Under the pieces are notes generated by a model. It made no database searches, had not been told where the DNA came from, and saw only the letters and a list, made by a program, of their open reading frames with translations. A stretch of DNA of 38,227 nt, taken from positions 1 through 38,227 of IMG/VR virus record IMGVR_UViG_3300012665_000204; one strand, written 5' to 3'. This DNA comes from a virus (taxonomy: Duplodnaviria > Caudoviricetes). Shown here in pieces: positions 1 through 7,585 of this stretch (positions are counted from its first letter, which is position 1; the number at the start of each line of letters is the position of its first letter). The translations under genes were made by a program, and so were the position numbers.

Positions 1-234
1 TCCGTCTGACTCCACCCACAACAACAACTTCCCCGATTTTGCACAGAATATCATGACACTCAAGGGAAGACAAACGGCGACCAACTGCTCCTTTAAACTT
101 GGTAACGCAAAACTTATAAAGTTCTTCCAAAGGACCGGGTCCAGATGCTCTTCCGCCGAACGTTTTAAGACGTGCTCCTGCAGGACGAACTCGTGATACG
201 TCAAACTTTGGAATCTCGCCAGCGTACAGAAGAG
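1..234. repeat. Terminal overlap, identical to 37994-38227 (circular assembly)
   Basis: tccgtctgac...cagaagag occurs at both ends; it falls inside the RNR ORF, which reads through the join, so it is an assembly overlap rather than a physical terminal repeat. Confidence 0.97.
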
Positions 235-718
235 CCAAGAGTTGTCGTAACGATTTTGCCCATCCTTCTTTAGAATCCGACACAACAATAGTAGTCTTAC
301 TATCGTACAACTGAGTCGGCACTTCAGGTAACTTAGAAACATATTGTTGCTCCACAGAGAAACCGACACCAGTGCCACAGAGAAGAATATACATCGCTTC
401 GTCAAAGGCTTTAGGGTCGTCAATCGGTAAATAAGAACAGTTAAACGCAGCTACGTTCTGACGCTCTAATGCAGGTCCTGCTGTCATTACTGCTCTCATA
501 GATGGTACGACATCAAGAGCAACAACCGCTTGCTCAAGTTCACTGCGTAATTCTTTAGTTAGTGTGTAGTTCTGTTTTGATGCTAAGTGTGTCTCCATAA
601 AATCAAAGTATCGTGCTACTGTTTCATTCCAGTGTTCACGACGACCTTTATCGTCAAGATAACGACTGTATCTTGATTTAGCGATAAAAGTGTTGTACGG
701 AGTCATTGTGTATGGCAT
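1..718 (-). CDS. nrdJ: Class II (adenosylcobalamin) ribonucleotide reductase, N-terminal part; continues across the join
   Basis: Hand translation from ATG 718 (GAGG SD): MPYTMTPYNTFIAKSRYSRY...PSMRAVMTAG...FNCSY...LLCGTGVGFS...RPAGARLKTFGGRASGP; in frame with the ORF ending at 36807, about 634 aa in total. Confidence 0.93.
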   Translation of the reverse strand, partial: MPYTMTPYNTFIAKSRYSRYLDDKGRREHWNETVARYFDFMETHLASKQNYTLTKELRSELEQAVVALDVVPSMRAVMTAGPALERQNVAAFNCSYLPIDDPKAFDEAMYILLCGTGVGFSVEQQYVSKLPEVPTQLYDSKTTIVVSDSKEGWAKSLRQLLALLYAGEIPKFDVSRVRPAGARLKTFGGRASGPGPLEELYKFCVTKFKGAVGRRLSSLECHDILCKIGEVVVVGGVRR

Positions 719-721
719 ATC

Positions 722-877
722 TTATAAAACCTCTTTTTCTAGTCTATCGGCATTGTCCTCAATTTTATCCGAGAACATCTCTACTATGTCTTCACTGCTA
801 ATGTTTAAAAGTTCCAGTAGCGTTACCTCATCTAAAGCAATAAGACGTTCTTTAATTTCGTGCAAAAGCAGTGGCAT
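722..877 (-). CDS. Small hypothetical protein (51 aa)
   Basis: Hand translation MPLLLHEIKERLIALDEVTLLELLNISSEDIVEMF...; fills the gap between the DUF3310 gene and the RNR. Confidence 0.75.
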   Translation of the reverse strand: MPLLLHEIKERLIALDEVTLLELLNISSEDIVEMFSDKIEDNADRLEKEVL

Positions 878-886
878 AGTTTCTTT

Positions 887-1240
887 CTACTTGTAATACT
901 TATCTACTACATCATCATAATTATCTATTAAAAACTCTAAATAATGCTGAATTTTCTCTAGGTCTTCTCGTCCATTTTTATAAGGGAAGCGAAGTATGTA
1001 TTTTACCACATTATGAGACCAAGGGTCAAGTCCCCAATCTAATGCTATAGTCCAAGGTTGTACACCTTTTTTATAGTGTGTACCGCCTACTTGCTTAGAC
1101 AAACTATCGCCACAGTCTTCCATTCCATCCGCAAACTGAGCAGCTAATCTAGCTTTACGAAAAAACTCTTCTGTATCATCTTCATACTTTGTTAAAACAT
1201 CGTAGCCATAATGTGCTGGCATTGCGATTGGATTATCCAT
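887..1240 (-). CDS. DUF3310-family protein (T7 gp1.7-like nucleotide kinase domain)
   Basis: QVGGTHY...NVVKYILRFPYKNGREDLEKIQHYL signature. Confidence 0.85.
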   Translation of the reverse strand: MDNPIAMPAHYGYDVLTKYEDDTEEFFRKARLAAQFADGMEDCGDSLSKQVGGTHYKKGVQPWTIALDWGLDPWSHNVVKYILRFPYKNGREDLEKIQHYLEFLIDNYDDVVDKYYK

Positions 1241-1970
1241 GAGATTTTACCTCTACCATTTTCTTAGTTGATTTAGTACCTTGTGACCAGCTTCCACAAG
1301 ACCTACATTGATACCTTTGATAAGTTCCTGTAGTTGACACTGCTGTTCCACGCTTTTGCAAATGCTCATGTCCACAAGTCGGACAGCCTTGAATATCGCT
1401 GAATAAATTGCGGTTAGGGGGATTTTTAATCCAAGGCAAAAGATTATTGTACAAGTCTTCCAATAAAACAACATCTTGTATGTTGTAATCTTCCATACGT
1501 TTCCAAGCATCTTTATCTCCATTCATACATTTGACCCACAAAGCATGACCTTCGTGTTCGTGTTTTTTACCTAGACCCAGACGTTGAGATACATAATCCA
1601 GCTTATTGCTAGGAAACCTAAAATTACTACGAACCACACGCAAGAGGTCAATCTGTTTATAAGGCGATGGCGGAAGTAACTTGCCGAGTAAAAATTCTTT
1701 GTTAAGAGTAGGAATATCAAACTTAGTTCCATTGTAATGGATAACAGCATCAGCAGAGTCCAGAAGAGCATGAATACCTTTCAACATTGATTTAGGTTTA
1801 GATTGGTGTACAGAATCAAAATAGATGTCTTCCTCGCCTAGCCACTTAGCTGCATAGCAGAGGACATAGGAAGACTCCATCAACTGATTGATACTGACGT
1901 TTTGCTGCCACAAGCCCCAGACATGGGCTGTGTTAGGACTGGTCTCAATATCGAGCAGTAGAATTTTCAT
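1233..1970 (-). CDS. RNase H-like / DEDD 3'-5' exonuclease with C-terminal Zn ribbon
   Basis: LLDIETS, YNGTKFDIP, YNIQDV motifs; CPTC...CRSC. Confidence 0.85.
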   Translation of the reverse strand: MKILLLDIETSPNTAHVWGLWQQNVSINQLMESSYVLCYAAKWLGEEDIYFDSVHQSKPKSMLKGIHALLDSADAVIHYNGTKFDIPTLNKEFLLGKLLPPSPYKQIDLLRVVRSNFRFPSNKLDYVSQRLGLGKKHEHEGHALWVKCMNGDKDAWKRMEDYNIQDVVLLEDLYNNLLPWIKNPPNRNLFSDIQGCPTCGHEHLQKRGTAVSTTGTYQRYQCRSCGSWSQGTKSTKKMVEVKSHG

Positions 1971-2260
1971 TCGTCGAAGTCCATTTCTTCTTGATTAGAA
2001 TCAATCTCTTTAGCTAAGTTATAAGCAGCAGTAGTGATTGTTCTTGAACCAATTACAGACCACTCATCATGAAAGCCGTAGTCGCTTAAGAATACAATCT
2101 TTTCTTTTACGTCGTAGCCATACTGAGCATTTAAGAAATCAGCAAACTTAATAATTAGTGTTGTCCACTGTGTGTCACCTTCAACGACAAACACATTATT
2201 AAGCAAGTTGTTTTCTTCTTCTAATGTAAAGCTTAACTTCATTGGATAATCTAGTTTCAT
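1967..2260 (-). CDS. Hypothetical protein
   Basis: ORF with ATGA overlaps on both sides. Confidence 0.75.
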   Translation of the reverse strand: MKLDYPMKLSFTLEEENNLLNNVFVVEGDTQWTTLIIKFADFLNAQYGYDVKEKIVFLSDYGFHDEWSVIGSRTITTAAYNLAKEIDSNQEEMDFDE

Positions 2261-2643
2261 TTTGTTCCCTTTACTAAAAGTAGTACATCGATTTGGTGTT
2301 GTAAATCTTTAATCTTTTGAATCAAATCTAAGAAGTGTTCAGCGTCTACTAATGCTAAAGGCTTGCTAAGGTTTTGTTTCAATATCACTAAAGGCTCTGT
2401 TACTCCATGGGTTTTTGCTTGTTCGTAGTCTTTGTACACTGCGATTGCTTTTCTGTTTTTGCATTCAACTGTGTAATTAAATAACGACCTAGCCAGAGGA
2501 CTGAGTTGTACATCCTCTCCACTCGCTCCCATGCTCGTTGACCGGACATCATCTTGGTGCAACGTCGGAAAACGTTGGAGTATCTGATCCCTGCACCACT
2601 GCTGAAGCTTTCTTCCTTTTGCCTTTGCGGACTGTGGCTTCAA
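2257..2643 (-). CDS. PD-(D/E)XK nuclease, putative Holliday junction resolvase
   Basis: KAKGRKLQQW, GEDV, VECKN motifs; TTG start with AAGGA SD. Confidence 0.75.
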   Translation of the reverse strand: MKPQSAKAKGRKLQQWCRDQILQRFPTLHQDDVRSTSMGASGEDVQLSPLARSLFNYTVECKNRKAIAVYKDYEQAKTHGVTEPLVILKQNLSKPLALVDAEHFLDLIQKIKDLQHQIDVLLLVKGTK

Positions 2644-2863
2644 GTTTAACTTCCTTTCGTTTGGTAATCATTCTTTTAGGGATAGTGATACTGTTATTAC
2701 ACATTCCGTCTGTTATTGTTCCTGCTAGTTCAATCTGCTCTTCATTTTCAAAGACAACAAATCCAACTGTCTTACATCTTAAATCTTCATGCTTTGCTTC
2801 ATGCCACTCGCCTTGTGCTAAAGCGTCCAGCCACTCAACTAAGACAAGCTTGGCGGTGTCCAG
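2549..2863 (-). CDS. Hypothetical protein (start uncertain, possibly CTG)
   Basis: Globular-looking segment KLVLVEWLDA...CKTVGFVV...ITIPKRMI; overlaps both neighbours. Confidence 0.6.
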   Translation of the reverse strand: MDTAKLVLVEWLDALAQGEWHEAKHEDLRCKTVGFVVFENEEQIELAGTITDGMCNNSITIPKRMITKRKEVKLEATVRKGKRKKASAVVQGSDTPTFSDVAPR

Positions 2864-3519
2864 AGTTGATCGTGGCTTCTTTGGAGCCACAATAGCTGCC
2901 CGTTCTCCAAGACTCGCTCCTCGTTTCCTTGGTAGGCTTCTAGGACAGCAAGATACATCTCGTGTTCTGTTTGGCATTCTTCAAGTATCCTTTTTGCTTT
3001 GACGGGACCAATCCCTTTAATACCAATGATGTTATCAATTCGATCTCCAGTTAGCATTTGAATATAAAAACTATGTAGACCTTCAAACTCTGTTACGTGA
3101 TACTTTTCTTTTTTGCGATAGTTGTAATGCCAGCCACGAAGTTGATTAAGGTCTTTATCGATGTGTACCATAATCATTTCATCTTCAGGGATAGCGTAAC
3201 AAGCTATTGCAACTGCATCGTCAGCTTCTATATCCTTAGTCATCATGAAGCCGTACTTGACCTGTAGGTGCTCCCGTAAGGCTTGATAGTGAGCAGGTTT
3301 AGGAGCTACACGAGTTCCTTTGTAAGGAGCAGTCTTTGCTATGTCGTTACGGAAGTTTCCTTTACCCGTTAACCAACCAAAGTAACAGTCTGCCCCTACA
3401 TCAGAAAGAATCGTATCGACAGCTTCATTCATTCTCCATTTAGCTAACGGCTCTTCAATACCTTCACTGGAGAAGCCGATAGCGTACACTAGAGAATCAG
3501 CGTCGATTAAAGCTCGCAT
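2839..3519 (-). CDS. 5'-3' exonuclease (T7 gp6/FEN-like)
   Basis: LIDADS, YKGTR, EADD, DKDL, GDRIDNIIGIKGIG motifs. Confidence 0.92.
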   Translation of the reverse strand: MRALIDADSLVYAIGFSSEGIEEPLAKWRMNEAVDTILSDVGADCYFGWLTGKGNFRNDIAKTAPYKGTRVAPKPAHYQALREHLQVKYGFMMTKDIEADDAVAIACYAIPEDEMIMVHIDKDLNQLRGWHYNYRKKEKYHVTEFEGLHSFYIQMLTGDRIDNIIGIKGIGPVKAKRILEECQTEHEMYLAVLEAYQGNEERVLENGQLLWLQRSHDQLWTPPSLS

Positions 3520-3929
3520 TACAGAACGTCGTCTAACTCTGCTACTGCTTCAGGGTTATACGTAACTACTTCGTTCACTGTCAGCTTCTTGATCGATGGA
3601 GCCATGCCATGAGCAGGAGTCATCCGGTGCTCATAAGAAGTTACTTCAGCAGTAACTTTAGATCCATTACCAAGTGCTTCAATCTCAACTGGCTTACCTT
3701 TGGAATCAAAAGGTGTAAACAAGTAATTGCTTTTAGCAACAATAAACTTGCCTTGTGCGTCTTTGTGCTTAATCTTAATACCTAAGCCTTCCAACTTGGT
3801 AGCGTCTGCATCACTGATATTACCGATAGTGCATTGATACTTGGTGTTGTCTGGATTAAACTTAGTGTTAAAGTTATTCATATCACGAGTCCAAAATAAC
3901 TCGCCTTTAATTGTCACTTGCTTATTCAT
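3519..3929 (-). CDS. Single-stranded DNA-binding protein (T7 gp2.5-like)
   Basis: LGNGSKV motif, acidic C-terminus, position between polymerase and exonuclease. Confidence 0.7.
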   Translation of the reverse strand: MNKQVTIKGELFWTRDMNNFNTKFNPDNTKYQCTIGNISDADATKLEGLGIKIKHKDAQGKFIVAKSNYLFTPFDSKGKPVEIEALGNGSKVTAEVTSYEHRMTPAHGMAPSIKKLTVNEVVTYNPEAVAELDDVL

Positions 3930-3999
3930 TTTATATCCTTAATTAGGTTAGTAAGTACTGCTTCGTTATTATACTACAAGTTTACTTCTACTGCTTGAG

Positions 4000-4179
4000 T
4001 TACTGCAAAAGTGTTGTTTTTACGTCATACTCTTCATTCTGTACCGACTCGATTGCCATCTCTAAAATACCTGTAAGATTATCATCATCCAGATATGAGT
4101 AGACATGTAAGTATCCACCAATGTCCCCTAAGATTGCTAGGGGTTGAAAGTCTTCTGGTAGTTCGTCGATGATACTCAT
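4000..4179 (-). CDS. Small acidic hypothetical protein (59 aa)
   Basis: Hand translation MSIIDELPEDFQPLAILGDIGG...; ATGA coupling to the upstream gene. Confidence 0.7.
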   Translation of the reverse strand: MSIIDELPEDFQPLAILGDIGGYLHVYSYLDDDNLTGILEMAIESVQNEEYDVKTTLLQ

Positions 4180-4340
4180 GGTGCTAAATGTGATTCTTTA
4201 ATTGCTTGTAAATAGTCACTTGCGTTTCCTAATTGTTCAAGCTCTTCTGTTAATAAAATAGAAATGTTGTGGATACTTTGTCCTCTTCTGAATAACTCAA
4301 GAACAACATTGTGTACTAAATCTAATTCTCCATCACCCAT
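4176..4340 (-). CDS. Small hypothetical protein
   Basis: TGATG coupling to the polymerase stop; MGDGELDLVHNVV... Confidence 0.65.
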   Translation of the reverse strand: MGDGELDLVHNVVLELFRRGQSIHNISILLTEELEQLGNASDYLQAIKESHLAP

Positions 4341-5989
4341 CAGTGTGTTTCCTTCCAATTGTTACCAACTTTATATTCACCTGTTAGAGGACATCTCATC
4401 TCCAACACCTGCCCTGCTTCTTCTATTGCCTTTACTCCAAACTTTCCTACCTGCTCTGCGTATACTTCTGGTACTTCTAACTGCCACTCATCATGCACGT
4501 TAGCCACGAACTTATAAGGTATCTTAGAGACCTTTAATTTACGATCTAATAGCACCAGTGCTTGCTTCATAACGATCGCACCAGCCCCTTGCAATAACGT
4601 GTTAAGCGACGAGTGCTCGGAACGAACGAGTATTTGCCTTCCGTCAATACCTTGTACCCGTCCTTTTTGAGAGTAGATACGAGCCACTTTCTCTCTAAGT
4701 TCTTTAAGTTTCGGTGTGTTTCGTAAAAAATTATCAATGAGTTGTTGTCCTTCTTTCGCAGAGCCTCCAACAATTGTCCCGATTTTGGTACTTCCGGCAC
4801 CATAGAGGAATGCATATATAAACGTCTTAGCTTGGTTCCTCGTTTGTAGCCCAGCAGCGGTTTGGTTCGCTGTGTGTATGTCGCCTGAAACAACTTCATG
4901 TGTATATACATTGTCATTCATATAGTGAGCCAGCATACGAAGTTCTAATCCTGAAGCATCGATACCAACTAACTTATTGCCTTTCTCAACAGTCCAAAGT
5001 TCTCTACAGTCCATTCCGTAAGGGCTGCCACTGTTAGGTACTTGTGCCATGTTAGGTGACATATGTGTCATCCTGCCTGTAATAGCACCACAAGTGATAA
5101 CCCTTCCATGAATACGACCATCCGACTTCATAGCGTCTAACCAAGATTCAATCTGTGCTATACGCTTTTGAAGCATCATGTACTCTGCGATGGCTTTCGC
5201 TTCGGGGTAGTCGAGCGTTTCGAGGACGGCTTCGTCGACGATGACGCTACCTTTTTCTGTGTGCTTCTTGGGCTTCCAGCCTTTTTCGATGAGTCTTTCG
5301 GCGATTTGCTTACGGCTGCCGGGGTTGAACGGGGTGATGATGTCTTTGAGCGGTTTACCGTTTTTGCTGACTCTACCGGACTCGACTCTGTCTGGAAATA
5401 TGCTTGACATTTCAATTTGAATAGCGTCCAGCTTAGTTTTAAGTAGAGATAATAATTGTAAAGATTTTGCTTCATCAATTTTAAACCCGTGTTCTTCTTG
5501 CTTCGTGATGATCGCTTGTACATTGTGCTCAAGATCTATACTCCTTTGTGAGAAATTCTCTAGTTCTAAAGTAGCTACTAGACGATAAAATAACTTGCTA
5601 GTAACCAACGTATCCTGAATGCAATACTCTTCCATTTCAGGTGTTGCTCCATTGTCCCAGTCGCTAAAGTTTCCCTTAGCGTATCCGAGACGATTACCCC
5701 ATGCTTCAAGACTATGACCGTCCTCTAGGCTTGGGTTTAGAAGTCGGCTTGCTACGAGCGTATCGTACACTTGGCTCAACTTCATCGTGACGTTCCAGTT
5801 CTTCCTCAGTACTGGTGCATCGAAGTTTATTCCGTTGTGCATGATAATCAAATCGCAAACTTCCAAATACTTTTGTAATCCACTTGCTGCTTTCCATACC
5901 TTAACCTCATCTGTTTCAATGTCACGAGTAACACACATCCAAATCTTATCGTGTGTACTATTGGTTTCGATGTCTAAAACTATTTTCAT
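4340..5989 (-). CDS. polA: Family A DNA polymerase with 3'-5' exonuclease (T7-like, Tyr762 type)
   Basis: DIET, HNGINFD, YCIQD exonuclease motifs; DASGLELR (motif A), KTFIYAFLYG (B), VHDE (C). Confidence 0.97.
   Translation of the reverse strand: MKIVLDIETNSTHDKIWMCVTRDIETDEVKVWKAASGLQKYLEVCDLIIMHNGINFDAPVLRKNWNVTMKLSQVYDTLVASRLLNPSLEDGHSLEAWGNRLGYAKGNFSDWDNGATPEMEEYCIQDTLVTSKLFYRLVATLELENFSQRSIDLEHNVQAIITKQEEHGFKIDEAKSLQLLSLLKTKLDAIQIEMSSIFPDRVESGRVSKNGKPLKDIITPFNPGSRKQIAERLIEKGWKPKKHTEKGSVIVDEAVLETLDYPEAKAIAEYMMLQKRIAQIESWLDAMKSDGRIHGRVITCGAITGRMTHMSPNMAQVPNSGSPYGMDCRELWTVEKGNKLVGIDASGLELRMLAHYMNDNVYTHEVVSGDIHTANQTAAGLQTRNQAKTFIYAFLYGAGSTKIGTIVGGSAKEGQQLIDNFLRNTPKLKELREKVARIYSQKGRVQGIDGRQILVRSEHSSLNTLLQGAGAIVMKQALVLLDRKLKVSKIPYKFVANVHDEWQLEVPEVYAEQVGKFGVKAIEEAGQVLEMRCPLTGEYKVGNNWKETH
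5176..5475 (-). CDS. Putative overprinted Ser/Lys/Thr/Pro-rich basic protein (+1 frame of the polymerase)
   Basis: Open frame coincides with an abrupt loss of T at polymerase third codon positions; see findings. Confidence 0.6.
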   Translation of the reverse strand: MKQNLYNYYLYLKLSWTLFKLKCQAYFQTESSPVESAKTVNRSKTSSPRSTPAAVSKSPKDSSKKAGSPRSTQKKVASSSTKPSSKRSTTPKRKPSQST

Positions 5990-6183
5990 AATCTAATTAT
6001 ACCATAAAAATACATTAGCACTGCTACGAACTCGACCATGAATAAAGCATAGTCTTTTTGTTTTAGTCCAGCAATAGTCCACAGTCCACTTCCGATTAAA
6101 CCAAACCAAAGATTTAAAGGAAAGATGTTTAGACTTGTGAGAGCAATTCCAACAAGGCATAGGACTGTGCCTGTCCACTTCAT
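5986..6183 (-). CDS. Small 2-3 TM membrane protein
   Basis: Hydrophobic segments throughout; ATGA coupling on both sides. Confidence 0.8.
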   Translation of the reverse strand: MKWTGTVLCLVGIALTSLNIFPLNLWFGLIGSGLWTIAGLKQKDYALFMVEFVAVLMYFYGIIRL

Positions 6184-6482
6184 CGGTTACTGTATCCTCT
6201 ACGTGTACCATCGTTGCTATAATAGTTCGTAGTGCCTTGATTTGATTCAGTTTTATAACCACTGCGACGACCTTGATCATCGTAAACTGCGTTCTTAGCT
6301 GCAGGATTTAATGAGCTATTGTTGTAGTTATACGGACTATTTTTGTAGTTATACTGTGAGTTCTCATAGTTGTACGGACTGTTCTTATAGTTATAAGGAC
6401 TATTGTCGTACGAAGTCTGAGCACTACATAGTGTAGCTACAAATAATAAACTACTTGCCGTTACAATTTTGATTTTGTTCAT
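6180..6482 (-). CDS. Secreted protein with NS(P/Q)YNYx heptad repeats
   Basis: GGAG SD at ATG 6482, signal peptide ending LCSA, four tandem repeats. Confidence 0.8.
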   Translation of the reverse strand: MNKIKIVTASSLLFVATLCSAQTSYDNSPYNYKNSPYNYENSQYNYKNSPYNYNNSSLNPAAKNAVYDDQGRRSGYKTESNQGTTNYYSNDGTRRGYSNR

Positions 6483-6621
6483 TTTCAACTCCATTAAATT
6501 CAAACATATTAGAATAATTTCTTAACTGTTGTATTGCTTCTTGAATCAGTGCATTCTCTTTTGAAGCATACGGATTGCCGTAACGTTGATCTAGTGCTTC
6601 GATTAATTCATTTGTTGTCAT
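6451..6621 (-). CDS. Small hypothetical protein
   Basis: Hand translation MTTNELIEALDQRYGNPY...; AGGAG SD and ATGA overlap. Confidence 0.6.
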   Translation of the reverse strand: MTTNELIEALDQRYGNPYASKENALIQEAIQQLRNYSNMFEFNGVENEQNQNCNGK

Positions 6622-6842
6622 TCTTGCTCCTTTAAAAGTTGTTCAAGTACTTCTAGTTTTTCATCATCAGTCATAATGTACCATGTACTGATTTGCTCTT
6701 TAGTTCTACCACAATCGTTACATTTTTGTATTGTAATGTCATAAGTACATTTACCAATACAAGGTGATTTTACCATATCTGTTTTCCATTTCCATAAGTT
6801 ATTCCAATTAGGTAAGTGTAGTGGTGGACACTTCCAAACCAT
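6618..6842 (-). CDS. DUF1289-like Cys-rich (putative Fe-S/metal) protein
   Basis: SPCIGKC...CNDCGRTKEQISTW...DDEK pattern; alternative start at 6776. Confidence 0.75.
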   Translation of the reverse strand: MVWKCPPLHLPNWNNLWKWKTDMVKSPCIGKCTYDITIQKCNDCGRTKEQISTWYIMTDDEKLEVLEQLLKEQE

Positions 6843-6961
6843 TAAGTATTTCTCCAATACCTATCTTTAGGGTTAGCCAACATAGACTTCAGTAGCTCAT
6901 CAACTGAGCTAAACCATTGAGTAACTCTCATGCCTTCCTTAGTAATAATATCAAAGCTCAT
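6842..6961 (-). CDS. Small hypothetical protein (39 aa)
   Basis: MSFDIITKEGMRVTQWF...; ATGA and TAATG coupling. Confidence 0.55.
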   Translation of the reverse strand: MSFDIITKEGMRVTQWFSSVDELLKSMLANPKDRYWRNT

Positions 6962-7146
6962 TTATGCCACCATTGTCCTTTAGTCAATCTCTCACAATGT
7001 TTTTGTACATCAGGAGGATTATCTTTTTTGTCACTACAGACATACACCGGACCAGTTTGTAAATACATTGTCATAGCAGTATCAGCTAAGTTAATTACAC
7101 CGATCGCTAATAAACAAGCAAAACTTATTTTAAAGAACGTCATCAC
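6958..7146 (-). CDS. Small protein with N-terminal TM/signal and a Cys pair
   Basis: ORF track; hydrophobic N-terminus. Confidence 0.65.
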   Translation of the reverse strand: MMTFFKISFACLLAIGVINLADTAMTMYLQTGPVYVCSDKKDNPPDVQKHCERLTKGQWWHK

Positions 7147-7585
7147 TCATCCTTAAATCTGATTGTGGTACAAAATATGAAGGAGGTCTACCTGCAACTG
7201 GCTGATCTAAATACTTATCGTGTTTTGCTTCACGTGCATAGATGTATCCACGTATAGTGTATTTTCCATTAATGCCGGTGAGTAGATAATATTTAGTATC
7301 ATCTTTATCTCTTTCACGAATAATCAATCGACCATGTTCATGTGTAGTTGTACGTACTTCAACATCGCCGACATCTGGATTAAACCAAGGCGACTTGTTC
7401 CAGTACACGTTTAAGTACTTCGCCATTGCACATTCGGATAGAGCACCTTCAATGTGTCGTTGCCAAGCCATATCTTGCTTTTCACCGATAAATGATTTCT
7501 TATTGGCTTTAATATCCTCTAGCTGACGCAGGATACCTACCTGACTAGCCACAAGGATCTCATGTAGAGTTAACTCAATAATCAT
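7130..7585 (-). CDS. Hypothetical protein, possibly PD-(D/E)XK-like
   Basis: GALSECA...PDVGDVEVRT pattern. Confidence 0.7.
   Translation of the reverse strand: MIIELTLHEILVASQVGILRQLEDIKANKKSFIGEKQDMAWQRHIEGALSECAMAKYLNVYWNKSPWFNPDVGDVEVRTTTHEHGRLIIRERDKDDTKYYLLTGINGKYTIRGYIYAREAKHDKYLDQPVAGRPPSYFVPQSDLRMSDDVL

Noticed and set aside
2538-3002. Plus-strand ORFs within the minus-strand arm (also 690, 4264, 5168, 5787, 6917, 9073, 11225, 12569)
   Set aside because: Antisense to well-supported genes, with no SD or recognisable motifs
3947-3973. Extra SlmA-like half site and TATAAT upstream of ssb
   Set aside because: Only half of the palindrome matches and there is no credible -35
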